DNA of 64,000 nt from Minisyncoccia bacterium (GCA_038228545.1 JBBRPE010000001.1:110924-174923); one strand, 5' to 3'. Positions 34,821-45,899 are shown, counted from the first letter of the stretch. Translations and numbers: made by a program. The notes: a model not told the origin generated them from the sequence alone.

Positions 34821-35531
34821 TTACGCCTTGATGCCGGACTCGAAGGCGGAAGCAAGCTCACCGAGCATAAGAGCAATATTTGCACGAGATGCGTCGTTCG
34901 TAACGATAGGATATGTAGCATCCTTAAGGTCGCAGTCAGAGCTGATGATGGCGATGATTGGAATACCAGCGTCGCGAGCCTCCTTCGTTGCGTGAGCATC
35001 ATGCTTGGTGTCTACGATAACGAGAGCGTCAGGACGCTTTGCAAGTGTCTTGATTCCTTCAAGGCGCTCCTCAAGTCGATCGATTTCGCGGTCAATGCGA
35101 ACGCGCTCAAGTTTCGTGTAGAGCTTTGAAAGTTCACCGCTTTCGCGCTTGGCTGAAAGGTCAGCAAGGCGGTCAATACGCTTCTTGATTTCCGTAAAGT
35201 TGGAGATGGTTCCACCGAGCCAGCGACTAGCTACAAACGGCTGCATGAGGCGCTTTGCGGCTTCACGAATGCCATCAGATGCTTCGCGCTTACCGCCAAC
35301 GAAGAGTACGGTCTTGCCATCGCGGGCGAGCGCTGCGATAGCGGTCTTAGCAGCAATAAGCTGTTGGTCGGTCTTCTCCAAATCGAATATTTCGAGCTTA
35401 CCCTTAGCGCCGAGCACAAAGGAGCGCATGGTCGGGTGGCGACGGCTCTTTACCTGGGCAAAATGAGCACCAGCGCCGAAGAGACGCTCGATTCCAGCAC
35501 CGGTCTGGCCGGAGGTAGTTGTTTCAGTCAT
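34821..35531 (-). CDS. rpsB: 30S ribosomal protein S2
   Basis: S2 family pattern (KGKLEIFDLEKT..., VLFVGGKRE, ALVIVD...EAR.AGIPIIAI). Confidence 0.9.
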   Translation of the reverse strand: MTETTTSGQTGAGIERLFGAGAHFAQVKSRRHPTMRSFVLGAKGKLEIFDLEKTDQQLIAAKTAIAALARDGKTVLFVGGKREASDGIREAAKRLMQPFVASRWLGGTISNFTEIKKRIDRLADLSAKRESGELSKLYTKLERVRIDREIDRLEERLEGIKTLAKRPDALVIVDTKHDAHATKEARDAGIPIIAIISSDCDLKDATYPIVTNDASRANIALMLGELASAFESGIKA

Positions 35532-35585
35532 GTAATACGTACCTTACCATAAGCCTTTTATGGCTTCAATAGGGCGTACGTGGTC

Positions 35586-36539
35586 TTATTCATCGTCCTC
35601 GGCGGGCCCTACTCCCCCGCTTTCCGCAGCCGCTTGAAGGGCTTCAACAATGGGGTCAATGTTCCCCAGCATGATTTTAGGCAGATTATGCCACGACTCC
35701 TTCAGACGATGGTCCGTAATGCGGTCCTGGAGAAAGTTATAGGTGCGAATCTTCTCAGAACGGTCACCGGTACCTATTTGGCCGGCGCGCAGGTCTGAGT
35801 GTTTTTTTGCCTCTTCTTCCACCGCAAGTGCTTCGAGCTTAGCGGCGAGAATCTGCATCGCTTTTGCGCGGTTACCCAACTGCGTGCGATCGCTCGACGA
35901 GCGTACATCGATACCAGTCGGACGGTGAATAAGGCGTACGGCAGATTCTACCTTGTTCACGTTTTGGCCACCGGCGCCTCCCGAGCGCGTAAACTCCATA
36001 TCTATATCTGCCAGATTGATTTCCACCACCGGCTTCACGCGTATCGGAAGCGCAGCTACGGACGCTGTGGACGTATGAATACGTCCTGATTTCTCCGTCT
36101 CCGGTACGCGCTGAACACGATGCACGCCCGTCTCATAGCGAAGCGCATCATATGCAGCGGCGTTATCAATTTCAAGTGTCATATCATCCACGCTACGCAC
36201 TTTCCAGCCCTTACCTTCGGCGTATTTCATATACATTTCGCGAAGCTCTTTCGCAAAATGCGACGCCTCGTCGCCACCGGCGGCAGCGCGAAATTCGAGT
36301 ACAACAGCCTTTGGCTTACTCTCCTCTTCTTTCTCTTTCTCAGTGATACGCTCTATATCATCAAGTATTTCTTTCTGGCGGGCCGTGATGCGCTCTTCGT
36401 CTTCCGCAGCCATTTCGAGTAAGAGAGCGTCTTCCCCTGCAGCTTCACGGCTTGATACCCGTTCTTGTTCGAGACGCTCATATTCCTCCGCGAGGTAGCG
36501 GGTTTCGTGATTGTTTTTAAATTCGGAGGAATATTCCAT
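35586..36539 (-). CDS. prfA: Peptide chain release factor 1
   Basis: GGQ motif [11 protein letters not shown]; RF1-type tripeptide PET in [20 protein letters not shown]. Confidence 0.85.
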   Translation of the reverse strand: MEYSSEFKNNHETRYLAEEYERLEQERVSSREAAGEDALLLEMAAEDEERITARQKEILDDIERITEKEKEEESKPKAVVLEFRAAAGGDEASHFAKELREMYMKYAEGKGWKVRSVDDMTLEIDNAAAYDALRYETGVHRVQRVPETEKSGRIHTSTASVAALPIRVKPVVEINLADIDMEFTRSGGAGGQNVNKVESAVRLIHRPTGIDVRSSSDRTQLGNRAKAMQILAAKLEALAVEEEAKKHSDLRAGQIGTGDRSEKIRTYNFLQDRITDHRLKESWHNLPKIMLGNIDPIVEALQAAAESGGVGPAEDDE

Positions 36540-36589
36540 AGGTATAGAGTATCACCGCTAACGCACAGGGAATAAGAAAACGGACCTGG

Positions 36590-36680
36590 ATGCAAGGCGT
36601 GGGAAGTTAGTTTCTGTAGACGTACTTCGGTACGACGAAAGAAACTAACGGGACCCGCAACGACGCAGATGGGCCCGTTT
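36590..36680 (-). terminator. Tandem hairpins (terminator/structured spacer) between rpmE and prfA
   Basis: Hairpin acgggaccc...gggcccgt, then gttagtttct-[cgtac-TTCG-gtacg]-agaaactaac with UUCG tetraloop and U-rich flank. Confidence 0.4.
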
Positions 36681-36682
36681 TG

Positions 36683-36934
36683 TTATTTCTTAGCTTGTGC
36701 GGCGCGTTGCTTGAAGCGCTCTACTCGTCCCGTCTTATCGAGGGTACGGTCCTCCCCCGTATAGAACGGATGAGAAGCACTTGAGATTTCGACCGTGAAT
36801 TTGTCGTATTCAGTACCTTTCACAGTGCCCTTCTCAGTCGTGCGAATAGTGGAGCCGATAAGGAACTGTTCCCCTGAGGAGATATCCTCAAAGAGTACAG
36901 TACGGTAATCGGCTGGATGTGTGTCCTTTTTCAT
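36683..36934 (-). CDS. rpmE: 50S ribosomal protein L31
   Basis: MKKDTHPADYRTV...HPFYTGEDRTLDKTGRVERFKQR. Confidence 0.9.
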   Translation of the reverse strand: MKKDTHPADYRTVLFEDISSGEQFLIGSTIRTTEKGTVKGTEYDKFTVEISSASHPFYTGEDRTLDKTGRVERFKQRAAQAKK

Positions 36935-37038
36935 TGCCTAGGGACTATAGCAAAATCGACCGTTCAAAGCAAACCGTATTCCGCCGAGTCAGCACAGGAC
37001 ACCAGTATCGACAGCTCTGAACGCTAGAGAGTGAGGAG

Positions 37039-40000
37039 CTAGAACTCGTTGAACTTCGGGAGGACATTCACCGTCACCGACCTCGAAACTCCCTCACACG
37101 TAACGGTGTAGGTAGACTGGGTGGTCACATTCAGGATGGTTGTCGTGTTTGTGCTTGCAGCATTCGTAATATCGCACGATGTGTCCGAAAGGGTTGAGTT
37201 GGTGGTGTTAAAGCCTGGACCACCGATATTCGTTCCGGTAAGGGTACACGCCACGCCTGTAGTTACACCGGTTGCACTCCATGAGACGACTACCGAACCG
37301 CCCGAAACGACGCGCGACGGTGTCGCCGTAATAGTTGGGGTGTCTCCAGCTCCACAGGTGTAGGGGTTACCAGTGATAGTAACTGGTGTGCAGGAGGTCG
37401 GGCCTGCATTCTGCGTGCCATTGGTTGCGCTCACCGTCGGTGAGTAGCTACCCCCGCCTGCGTACTTGTTTATAAACGTTGTTGCAGAACTGGTTTGTGA
37501 CGATGGATTACCGCCGACGGCGCTCCACGTGTAGCTGTTTGCTGCTGGCGCGAAGTTGGCTGCGACCACGGTCCACGTCACGTTCTGATTCGGTGCAGCA
37601 CTAGCGGGTGATGGCGTACAGGAAGATATAACTGGAGAAGCCGGAGCCGTCACAGTCACGGCTGTCCAGGCACTGCAGTTGTCGACTTCACTTGACTCCG
37701 TAATAGTACCCGTGCCTGCGGACGAGTTCTTGTCGGCGCAGACGCGCATGTACTTCGTTGTGCCGGCGTCTGCAAGCGGGTAGGTATAGGAAATGGTCGC
37801 CGGTTCCGTATTGCCGTTCGCAAGAGTAGCCGTAACAATCGTGCCTGCATCAATCACGTTGATGGTGCCCGCTGCATTATCGGCACGCTGGAGCAAGTTA
37901 GTGAACGTAGCTCCCGTCGAAGCATTACCAGTGTTTGAAATCGTAGAAGTAAACGCTACCGAAGAATTTGCTTGAGCGGTGCTCGGTGTTACGACGCCCG
38001 CGGTAAGATTCGGCTGGTTGAGCGACACAAGTGTAAGGGTGACGCCACAGAACGGACTTCCCCACGTGTTAGTAGTTATGCCATTTGCGGTTGAGCCAGG
38101 GAAGGTGCTTACATAACCCGCGCTTTGCTTATGGATGACGGCAGACTGTCCAACGGTGATAAGTCCGCGATGTACGGCAGCAGCGCCTATGTCCGAGTCT
38201 TGCGTATATGGACTACTTCCCCACACACTACCGCCATTTGCACCGCCCGTAACGCTGACGTCGCCGGTGTACGCGGAACACTGGTCGGTTACGGTAACAG
38301 CTGTCCAAGCTCCACAATTATTTACCTCATTTGATTCCGCTATGGTGCCGGTGCCTGCAGCAGAGTTTTTATCGGCACAAATACGCATGTACTTGGTCTT
38401 TCCCGCATCATTCGCAGGGAATGTGTAGAAAATAGTAGCTGCCTCCGTACTACCGTTAGCAAGGGTCGCTGTCACAACCGTACCTGCATCAACCACGTTG
38501 ACGGTGCCCGCTGCATCGTCCGCTTTTTGGAGCAGGTTTGTGAAGGTTGCGCCGGTAGATATAGTACCGGTGTTCGATATGGTCGAAGAGAAGCTTGTGG
38601 CGTTTCCTTGCACAGCTGTCGTCGGAGATACTGCTCCGGCTGAAAGGTCGGACGCAGCGCCCGCGATACTTACACTGTTACTGCAAGCAAAGCTTGTACT
38701 CTGGCTACCAGACGTAACCAATACCGATGCGGTCTTGCTTCCCGGTGAAGCATAGGAAGGAGATATCGATATGCTTGACCCCGAGATTCCGTCCGTACCA
38801 CTCCAAGAATACGTGTACGCGCCGGTTCCACCTGATGGAACTGCGGTCCAAGTAACAGCTGCACCAGTGATAGCAGATGTCGGTGACACCGAACACGTTG
38901 CGGAAAGTGTTGGGTATACCGTGACCGCAGTCCAAACGCTACAGTTATCCGCCTCATTCGATTCAGTAATGACGCCTGTACCGACGGCTGATTGCTTATC
39001 TGCACAGGCACGCAAGTACCAGGTGCCAGCCGTAAGTGAGACGGTTGGTGTGAATGTTGCGGTGTTCGATGCTGGCGAAGCGCCAAGTGTTGGATTTGCA
39101 TAGGTGGCGACGTCCGTTGCGCCGGTTCCACCTGAGTCAGTAGCGCGCTGAAGCAGGTCGGTAAATCCAGCGCCTGAGCTAAGACTGCCTGTATTGCTTA
39201 TGGTCGCGGTATACGTCTGTGCGATACCATTCACTGCCGTTGCAGGAGTTGGTCCACTCGCTGTGAGGTTTGGTTGTGCTGCTGCAGTTACGGTGACCGT
39301 CTGGTATGCGCTGCAGTTATTGCCCTCGTTTGATTCGTTTACGGAACCTACAAAGGAAGAATTATTGTCGGCGCATGCACGTACCTGGAAGGTGCCGGTA
39401 GACCCGAAGGTAACGCTCGCACTCGCCGTGCCTGAAGTACCGGAAGTAAGATTTCCAATCGTGTTGGCTGCGTAGATGGAGCCACCCGAGACCTGAATAA
39501 TGTTATTGAAATTACCACCTGATGGATTGGTTGGTCCGAGTCCGCTATTGGTTACTGTAGAATTTATAGTCACTGCGACATTCACAGTAGCGGACGTCGG
39601 CGAGACGAGACCGGCGGCCAAGTCCGGCAAGTTGACCGTAACGACAGAGGTGCCCGTTGCTGTTCCTGTACCGGTACAGGTAAGTGTGTACGTAGTACTC
39701 GTTGATGGTGTGACGACGACCGTATGGGAGCTTCCGTCCGCAGTTATTGCTCCAACACCATTATTGATAGAGCCTGACGAAGAGTTTGCACAGGTATAGG
39801 TAAGTGTCTGACTACTGCCCACGTTTATGGTCGCTGCAGCTGGTGTAAATGTTGCTACCGGAGCTGCAGGAGCTGCAATAGCAACTGAAGTCCATGGTCC
39901 GCAGTTATTTGCCTCGTTCGATTCAGCGACAGCATTAGAGGTGTCCGCGCAGAGACGCACTTGATACGTTCCTGCCGCACCGAATGAGTAGGTGCTTCCG

Positions 40001-42003
40001 GCGGTCACGCCACTCGAACCGCTCGCGGCTATAGCGATGGCCGGAGATGTACCCACAGTTGTGACTCCTTGTATCTCGAAGTATGACGTGAAGGCCGGGA
40101 ACGCGACCGCATTTCCGATGTTTTGAACGGTGCCCGTGAACGTGAGCGGTGTGCCAGCAGTTCCTGAAACCGGCGCAACATTTGCCGTCACTGTAAGATC
40201 CGGCTGTAGGCCGGTTATTGATACCGTGGTGCTACATGCCAGTGCAGACGTGGTTTGCACGCCATCTGAAATAGTAACCGTACCGGTCTTTGAGCCCGCT
40301 GATGGATAGGTTACCGGTGCACTCGGTCCAGTTGCGCCAGCAAGCGGAGCAGTCCCTCCCCAAGAGTAGGTATAGCCACTTCCCGTTCCGCCCGAACCAC
40401 TCGCGGTCCAGGTTATGGTCGTTGCTGTTGTACCAGATGACGGCGATGCGGAGCAGGAGCCGGTCAGTACTGGGTAGGCAGTAATGTTGGAGAACGCCTG
40501 AGTTGAACCCGTACCAGTACATGTAAGTGTGTACGTGGTAACACCGCTTGATCCAGGAGTGACACTCATGGTGTGTGCCGACCCGTCTGCAGTTATTGCC
40601 GTTCCGTTAATAGTTCCGCTCGATGAATTAGTACAGGTGTACGTCAGGGTCTGGCTTGCGCCAAGAATTATAGTCGCCGAAGTCGGCGTTAATGTCGCCA
40701 CAGGAGCTGGTGGAGTTGTAATAGTAACGGTTTTCGAAGTCCAACCTGATAACCCGCCACGACTGTCTTGTGTCTGTGCCTCGAATGTATAGGTACCCGC
40801 AGAGCCCCAGGAGTGATTGCTCGTGCCTTGTGTTCCGGACGAGATATAGCCCGACGCAGGAATAAGCTCGTCTACGGTGCCGTTATTGTCCCAATCGACT
40901 CCGTAACGGATAGTGTCTCCGTCAGGGTCAGTCGCTGTGAATCCGTAGCCGTAGCTGGTGCTTGTAAGACCGGACGCTGGACCGGTGATGGTCGGCGCAT
41001 TGGGGTTATTGTTCGAGGCAATGCCGACCAGTGCGTACGGAATGACCATCGCACCTACGTTTAGCACATAGGGACTTTTTATGATGGTGTTGCTGTTCCA
41101 TGCAGCAGCTCCTCCGCTCACCGTCGGTTGACCGAAACCGGATATGGCACCGCCCGTCATGGGGAGATTGTTTCCATAACAGCCTGCAACATAGCTATAC
41201 CCGTCTTGACTTGAATTGCGATAGTCGTAATACCGGTAATAGAATTTGCCTGTCGTTGCCCCGTAATTAAATGTAGGGGTGAGGGGTCCGGTTCCAGTAA
41301 TAGTGCACTGTTGCTTAAGAGAACCATCTCCTTGCACTACCGGACCTCCACAGCTCATGCCAGTCGTCCCCGTAAGAGAGCGTGCTGGCGGAGCGACACG
41401 GAGCGGTACGTAGACGTCGAAGTTAAGGTTTAGACCAGCGCTCGCGTCTTGATAATTATAATTGACGATAAAGTCGTTCGGATTACAGGTGATTGAAGAC
41501 GGCGCACTTGCCTGCCAGTCACCATAGGGTGAGTCTGCAGAATACCCCGTTCCGAACCACGTTATATTCTGTGGTGTCCATGCAGGGAACACAAAATTAA
41601 CAACGGTTCCGGTAGGAACACTAGCTCCGCTCGATATGATTTGTCCGTTCGAAGCGTTCGTTACAGATACGTCATAGCCGATAGTGATGTCCGGATTTGA
41701 TAGTCCGTCTACCCATCCTTCAGTGCTGCTTTCGCCACCACCTATCCACCGGTTCCAGGCATACCAAAGGTCATCATTCACCGTTATGTGCTGCGTATAG
41801 CTTCCGCTATTAGGAACCGATGCAGCAACAGTTAGAGTTTCAGTACTACTACTTGGAGATGGGTCGGTTTCCGGAGGAATGGCATTATTACCAACATTGT
41901 ACGTACAGGTACCGCTACACCCCGCCCAGGCACCATGTGCAAGCAACAAGACCGCACCGAGTGCGAACGTGAGCAGCACAGCTGTTTTAAGTGTTTTCAT
42001 CAT
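37039..42003 (-). CDS. Giant secreted surface protein (1654 aa) with multiple CARDB-like repeats, a PKD/Ca-binding-like segment and an LCCL domain
   Basis: Signal peptide MMKTLKTAVLLTFALGAVLLLAHGAWA; CARDB repeats ending ESNE(A/V)NNC; TDPDGDTIRYGVDWDNNGTVDE; LCCL-like CSAYTGDV...VWGSSPYTQDSDIGAAAVHRGLITVGQ...; start overlaps upstream stop (ATGA). Confidence 0.8.
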   Translation of the reverse strand: MMKTLKTAVLLTFALGAVLLLAHGAWAGCSGTCTYNVGNNAIPPETDPSPSSSTETLTVAASVPNSGSYTQHITVNDDLWYAWNRWIGGGESSTEGWVDGLSNPDITIGYDVSVTNASNGQIISSGASVPTGTVVNFVFPAWTPQNITWFGTGYSADSPYGDWQASAPSSITCNPNDFIVNYNYQDASAGLNLNFDVYVPLRVAPPARSLTGTTGMSCGGPVVQGDGSLKQQCTITGTGPLTPTFNYGATTGKFYYRYYDYRNSSQDGYSYVAGCYGNNLPMTGGAISGFGQPTVSGGAAAWNSNTIIKSPYVLNVGAMVIPYALVGIASNNNPNAPTITGPASGLTSTSYGYGFTATDPDGDTIRYGVDWDNNGTVDELIPASGYISSGTQGTSNHSWGSAGTYTFEAQTQDSRGGLSGWTSKTVTITTPPAPVATLTPTSATIILGASQTLTYTCTNSSSGTINGTAITADGSAHTMSVTPGSSGVTTYTLTCTGTGSTQAFSNITAYPVLTGSCSASPSSGTTATTITWTASGSGGTGSGYTYSWGGTAPLAGATGPSAPVTYPSAGSKTGTVTISDGVQTTSALACSTTVSITGLQPDLTVTANVAPVSGTAGTPLTFTGTVQNIGNAVAFPAFTSYFEIQGVTTVGTSPAIAIAASGSSGVTAGSTYSFGAAGTYQVRLCADTSNAVAESNEANNCGPWTSVAIAAPAAPVATFTPAAATINVGSSQTLTYTCANSSSGSINNGVGAITADGSSHTVVVTPSTSTTYTLTCTGTGTATGTSVVTVNLPDLAAGLVSPTSATVNVAVTINSTVTNSGLGPTNPSGGNFNNIIQVSGGSIYAANTIGNLTSGTSGTASASVTFGSTGTFQVRACADNNSSFVGSVNESNEGNNCSAYQTVTVTAAAQPNLTASGPTPATAVNGIAQTYTATISNTGSLSSGAGFTDLLQRATDSGGTGATDVATYANPTLGASPASNTATFTPTVSLTAGTWYLRACADKQSAVGTGVITESNEADNCSVWTAVTVYPTLSATCSVSPTSAITGAAVTWTAVPSGGTGAYTYSWSGTDGISGSSISISPSYASPGSKTASVLVTSGSQSTSFACSNSVSIAGAASDLSAGAVSPTTAVQGNATSFSSTISNTGTISTGATFTNLLQKADDAAGTVNVVDAGTVVTATLANGSTEAATIFYTFPANDAGKTKYMRICADKNSAAGTGTIAESNEVNNCGAWTAVTVTDQCSAYTGDVSVTGGANGGSVWGSSPYTQDSDIGAAAVHRGLITVGQSAVIHKQSAGYVSTFPGSTANGITTNTWGSPFCGVTLTLVSLNQPNLTAGVVTPSTAQANSSVAFTSTISNTGNASTGATFTNLLQRADNAAGTINVIDAGTIVTATLANGNTEPATISYTYPLADAGTTKYMRVCADKNSSAGTGTITESSEVDNCSAWTAVTVTAPASPVISSCTPSPASAAPNQNVTWTVVAANFAPAANSYTWSAVGGNPSSQTSSATTFINKYAGGGSYSPTVSATNGTQNAGPTSCTPVTITGNPYTCGAGDTPTITATPSRVVSGGSVVVSWSATGVTTGVACTLTGTNIGGPGFNTTNSTLSDTSCDITNAASTNTTTILNVTTQSTYTVTCEGVSRSVTVNVLPKFNEF

Positions 42004-43490
42004 GTTGTGGGTGGGCCAAGTGACGTGTGGTGCGGCACGGTAAGTGTGGTTGCTTTACGACGTGCGACGACTGCCCGCCAAATAAGGAACGCGAGAAGGA
42101 GTAGCGCAAGGACTGATCCAATTATAAAGAGTAGTGTGGTATTCGAGCAGTTCTTGCCGAGAGCTTCACAGGTGTACGGGACCGTTACTTGATCAACAAG
42201 TTTTCCGTGCTGATACAGTTTTGCAACAACTTCGAACGAATCCGAACGTTGTGTAAGAGGTACGGTAATGGCAACGAGATTGCCAGGAATACTGCCTGAG
42301 TAGGATGTGTGTCCAAGCGGTAAGAAGGAGAATGCATCACCTATCACCGGTAGAAGTGCTTTCACCGACACATCAACACGAGCGTCATCGGCTACACCAT
42401 AGCCAGTGCTATGGAAACATACAAAGGCCTTATTTACTCCTCCCAGAGGATAGCCGGTGACGTCTACGGAGCTGAGTCGTGCTTCATAGGAACCGCCGAA
42501 ACGCACGAACCGGAAACCTACGATAGACTTTGCCCCCTTGGAGGTCGTCAGCTCTGCCGTCGTGTAGTAAACCGTGTGATGGGTATCAGTCACGACATGA
42601 CTCACGGTAGTGGAAGCATTCGAAGAAAGTGAAATATGTTGAACCGAGGTTTCGAGCAACGTACTTGGTCTCAAACCATCCCAAACGTACGTCTTCCAGG
42701 TCACATCTCCGACGTAGGATGTTTTGAGCGTATTTGCGACAGTGACTCGAATCGGCACGTCATGAATCTCTTGGGAGACAGCTGGTGCGTACGCAGCAAA
42801 GCGATATTGCTTACCGACAAGCATTCCTGATGTCTTGTCGAAACGGACGGCGCCCGTCTGCGAGTTTATTATTGAAAAATTATAGGAACCGCCGGTAACA
42901 TCATCCGTAAAGGTAAGGCCCTCGAAATTAAAACGATCGTCCTGTACCGCATACGTGCTGATGCGGTACAGGCCCGGCTCCATATCGCCCGGCACTTTCC
43001 AAATAACCTGTACCTGCTTCGTCTCGCCTGGCTGCAACGTTATATTTTGTGCTATCGGAAAGAAATCTACGACGTCCGGTCCGTTCACATTCTTAGTGAG
43101 GTCTGCTGACTGTTGGTGGAATATCTTTACGTACACCGTCGTATCAACCACTGGATAGGCGTTTGTGTTCTTGACCTTAGCAGTAAGCGCCATAGGCGCT
43201 CCTGCAGCAACGCTCAGGAGTTGAGCATCAATGGAAACCTGCACCGAACCGAATTGATAGTAATCAAAACAGGACTTAAGTTCGCCCGTCGGTTTAATGG
43301 ATGAACCGGGAGCAATATATCCCCGAGTTGGTTCAGAAGGGGGTCCTTTATGCGCAGGCGTTGTCGTTGCAGACACAAGCGTCGGAAAAGTACCGACAAG
43401 TGCAAGTAGGAGTAGAGATGAAAACAGTCGCGAAGCGATTTTCATGGGTACCAAAAGTATACCAGTCAAAACATCACACGTCGCACACAT
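42000..43490 (-). CDS. Surface protein with signal peptide and C-terminal TM anchor, translationally coupled to the giant CARDB protein
   Basis: MKIASRLFSSLLLLALVGTFPTLVSA (probable start ATG 43445); C-terminal LLFIIGSVLALLLLAFLIWRAVVARRK. Confidence 0.7.
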   Translation of the reverse strand: MCATCDVLTGILLVPMKIASRLFSSLLLLALVGTFPTLVSATTTPAHKGPPSEPTRGYIAPGSSIKPTGELKSCFDYYQFGSVQVSIDAQLLSVAAGAPMALTAKVKNTNAYPVVDTTVYVKIFHQQSADLTKNVNGPDVVDFFPIAQNITLQPGETKQVQVIWKVPGDMEPGLYRISTYAVQDDRFNFEGLTFTDDVTGGSYNFSIINSQTGAVRFDKTSGMLVGKQYRFAAYAPAVSQEIHDVPIRVTVANTLKTSYVGDVTWKTYVWDGLRPSTLLETSVQHISLSSNASTTVSHVVTDTHHTVYYTTAELTTSKGAKSIVGFRFVRFGGSYEARLSSVDVTGYPLGGVNKAFVCFHSTGYGVADDARVDVSVKALLPVIGDAFSFLPLGHTSYSGSIPGNLVAITVPLTQRSDSFEVVAKLYQHGKLVDQVTVPYTCEALGKNCSNTTLLFIIGSVLALLLLAFLIWRAVVARRKATTLTVPHHTSLGPPTT

Positions 43491-43494
43491 TACG

Positions 43495-44994
43495 TTACTT
43501 AGTGGGGATGACGGGAACAGTCACGAGTGTCTCCGTCGTTACGCCGGGAGTATTTATGCTCGTAATGAGTCGTCCATACTTATCCATTGCGAACGCAGGA
43601 CCGTGTATAACCGAGCTTGCGAGAGGAAGCCCTGATTCAACTGCCTGAAGCTGAGAGAATCGTATGATGTCGTGCTCAAGTGAGACCGAAGGTTGGAACC
43701 AGCCATGTGAAGCCGGGACGAGGAGAATATTTGCACCCTGTTCTTTCTTAACCGAAACACCAAGGCGCGGCATCATCACCTCGAGACAAAAGAGTACGGA
43801 TGCACGCGCATTCCCTGCTGTGGCAATGCTTCCATGCCCGATGCCGTTGCCGTAGTTACGATTGGTCGTGAACCGCTCTTCTTCTTTGGTTGCGCCTAAT
43901 GTCTGCAAAAGAAGCTTGAAAAAGAACGGCAGGTACTCACCTTGCGGTGTCAGCACGAGTTTATCGCGTAATCCATAGTCGCCTGTAATTGTATCGGCGT
44001 ATGCACGTACAAAGCGCAAACCACCCGAAGTCTTGATGAGGCCTGAATCTATAAATACGGAGTTGGTCGTCGTGCCCGTGAAGGAACCCAGAGTATCAAG
44101 CGAAAACGGTGTTAAGAGGTGCGAGTCTTCTGGCATAAGCACAATATCAGCGTGTTCTGTGACCGCATGCCGTACAAACTGTCCATTCGTAATGGTGAGC
44201 GCATCATCCTGAAGTGTGCGTCCACCGGTATCGGGTGCCCACGAAGAAAGGAGTGCTACAGTCACCGGCGCCTCCTTGCTACGATTGGGATCCATCATCT
44301 GACGGAGTGCAACCGTCGGTAGTACGGATACGATGATCAGCACTGCACAGATTCCAGCGAGCTGGAAAGAGCTCAAGCGCTGCTGTTTGGTACGTAGTGC
44401 ACCGTAGATGAGCACGTTCGCAAGAGCAAGGAGAAACGCGAGCATAGGGAGTCCGCCATACGCGACAACCTGACGCCAGCTTTCGTTATCTATAAGCGGT
44501 ACTGCACTGAAACCAGCGGTGAAAAAGAGTGGATTGTGTATACCCTGGGCAAACGTAAGTGCGTTAAACGTGAACATGCGCAGATATTCAAATGCAGGCC
44601 ACAACACGGCCACGGCAAGGCCATCAAGTACGTATTCGAGGCGTAGTAGACGAACCAGCATCATCCAAAACCCAACACATACGGCAGTTGAGAGCGTAAC
44701 TAATGTCCAACTAAATATGATGAACGTAAGACCAAACAACGAATTTGTGACGCCAAAGACGGTTGGTAGCGGATACGCGGCGAAGAACCAGGAGCATCCT
44801 GTGCCCATAATGGCGATACCGGCGAGCGTACCGGCAAAAAATGCCTCGCGTGCACTCCTCACTTCCCTGCTCGCCATCAGTAGCGGGATGAGTGCGACGA
44901 AGCTTACGAACCAGGCGCCTGGCACCCGGTACGCAAGGGCGAACAGCGCGCCACCTAACAATGCCAGCAAATACGGATTTTTTGTAAACATCAT
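43495..44994 (-). CDS. lnt: Apolipoprotein N-acyltransferase-like protein (polytopic N-terminal membrane domain plus CN-hydrolase domain)
   Basis: N-terminal multi-TM region; CN-hydrolase Glu/Lys/Cys contexts resemble E. coli Lnt: IVLMPEDS, DKLVLTPQGEYLP, VLFCLEVMMP. Confidence 0.7.
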   Translation of the reverse strand: MMFTKNPYLLALLGGALFALAYRVPGAWFVSFVALIPLLMASREVRSAREAFFAGTLAGIAIMGTGCSWFFAAYPLPTVFGVTNSLFGLTFIIFSWTLVTLSTAVCVGFWMMLVRLLRLEYVLDGLAVAVLWPAFEYLRMFTFNALTFAQGIHNPLFFTAGFSAVPLIDNESWRQVVAYGGLPMLAFLLALANVLIYGALRTKQQRLSSFQLAGICAVLIIVSVLPTVALRQMMDPNRSKEAPVTVALLSSWAPDTGGRTLQDDALTITNGQFVRHAVTEHADIVLMPEDSHLLTPFSLDTLGSFTGTTTNSVFIDSGLIKTSGGLRFVRAYADTITGDYGLRDKLVLTPQGEYLPFFFKLLLQTLGATKEEERFTTNRNYGNGIGHGSIATAGNARASVLFCLEVMMPRLGVSVKKEQGANILLVPASHGWFQPSVSLEHDIIRFSQLQAVESGLPLASSVIHGPAFAMDKYGRLITSINTPGVTTETLVTVPVIPTK

Positions 44995-45899
44995 TGAATT
45001 CTGAATAGGTCACGCAGCTCTTTTGGGCGTATCGAAGAGAAACCGTGCATCAGTGTCCATACATTGAAAGCACCCACCCCGAAGAGTAGATCGAGTAGTG
45101 GAATGACATTCAGGAGGTAGAGAACGGCAAGGAACACGAGCGCGAGATTGAGGGCGACCACGCGCCAGATATATTCAGTTCGCTGGGGTTTCTGTTCGGT
45201 GCGTTCTGATAATTTAAACCAGTATACCGCATACCAGATGAGGTAGTGCACGAGTATTAGGCCCCAGAACCACATAATCGCGTACCCTGGAACAAATTTC
45301 TGGGCAAGGAAATACAAGATGATACTGAGTACCGCCCAGCTAAAAAATGCGTACGACGTCGTCGTAGGTGCCCGCTTGTTTCGAACACACAACACGACGT
45401 AGCATATGATTGCAAGCACGGAAAGTCCTGCCATGTACGGAAGTATATGCAGAGAAAGGTACCCTTCCGCAATCATGGCTCCGTAGATGAGCATGAACGG
45501 TAACGCTTCAAGTGCGGTATACACGGAGTGTTTCTTATTGAGAAGTCGTCCCTCATCGAGTGCGAAATGAAGAAGGAAACCGGCACCCGTAATGAAGTTA
45601 TAGTAGGAAACCGGAACAAGGAGAACAAGCCAAAGCAAAAACGAAAAGCCGCCGGAGAGTAGTGCTATTTTCCGTCCATCAAGTTTTCCGGCTTCTGCCT
45701 GATACCAATACGCAAGCAAGAAGTGTCCTTGGCCGAGCACAATAACGGTAAAGGCCATGAGCTTGAACGGCAGAATAAGCGCCACAGCGATCGTAATAAT
45801 CACCGATATAACTCGGACCAGAATTACTTCGACGAACATGGTGCGCGACATGAAGGTAGTATAGCCGACTCTACAGATTGAGCGGTGTTTTCGTACCAC
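44991..45899 (-). CDS. Polytopic membrane protein, unknown function (paralog of next gene)
   Basis: ~8 hydrophobic segments; shared motif V(I/F)VLGQ(G/S)HF..(Y/M)(W/I)YQ and FxLHFA(L/V)DE with 45871..46734. Confidence 0.6.
   Translation of the reverse strand: MVRKHRSICRVGYTTFMSRTMFVEVILVRVISVIITIAVALILPFKLMAFTVIVLGQGHFLLAYWYQAEAGKLDGRKIALLSGGFSFLLWLVLLVPVSYYNFITGAGFLLHFALDEGRLLNKKHSVYTALEALPFMLIYGAMIAEGYLSLHILPYMAGLSVLAIICYVVLCVRNKRAPTTTSYAFFSWAVLSIILYFLAQKFVPGYAIMWFWGLILVHYLIWYAVYWFKLSERTEQKPQRTEYIWRVVALNLALVFLAVLYLLNVIPLLDLLFGVGAFNVWTLMHGFSSIRPKELRDLFRIQ

Noticed and set aside
37121-41064. Many 60-150-aa ORFs on both strands within the 1654-aa giant gene
   Set aside because: Embedded in or antisense to a continuous, signal-peptide-bearing CARDB-repeat ORF.
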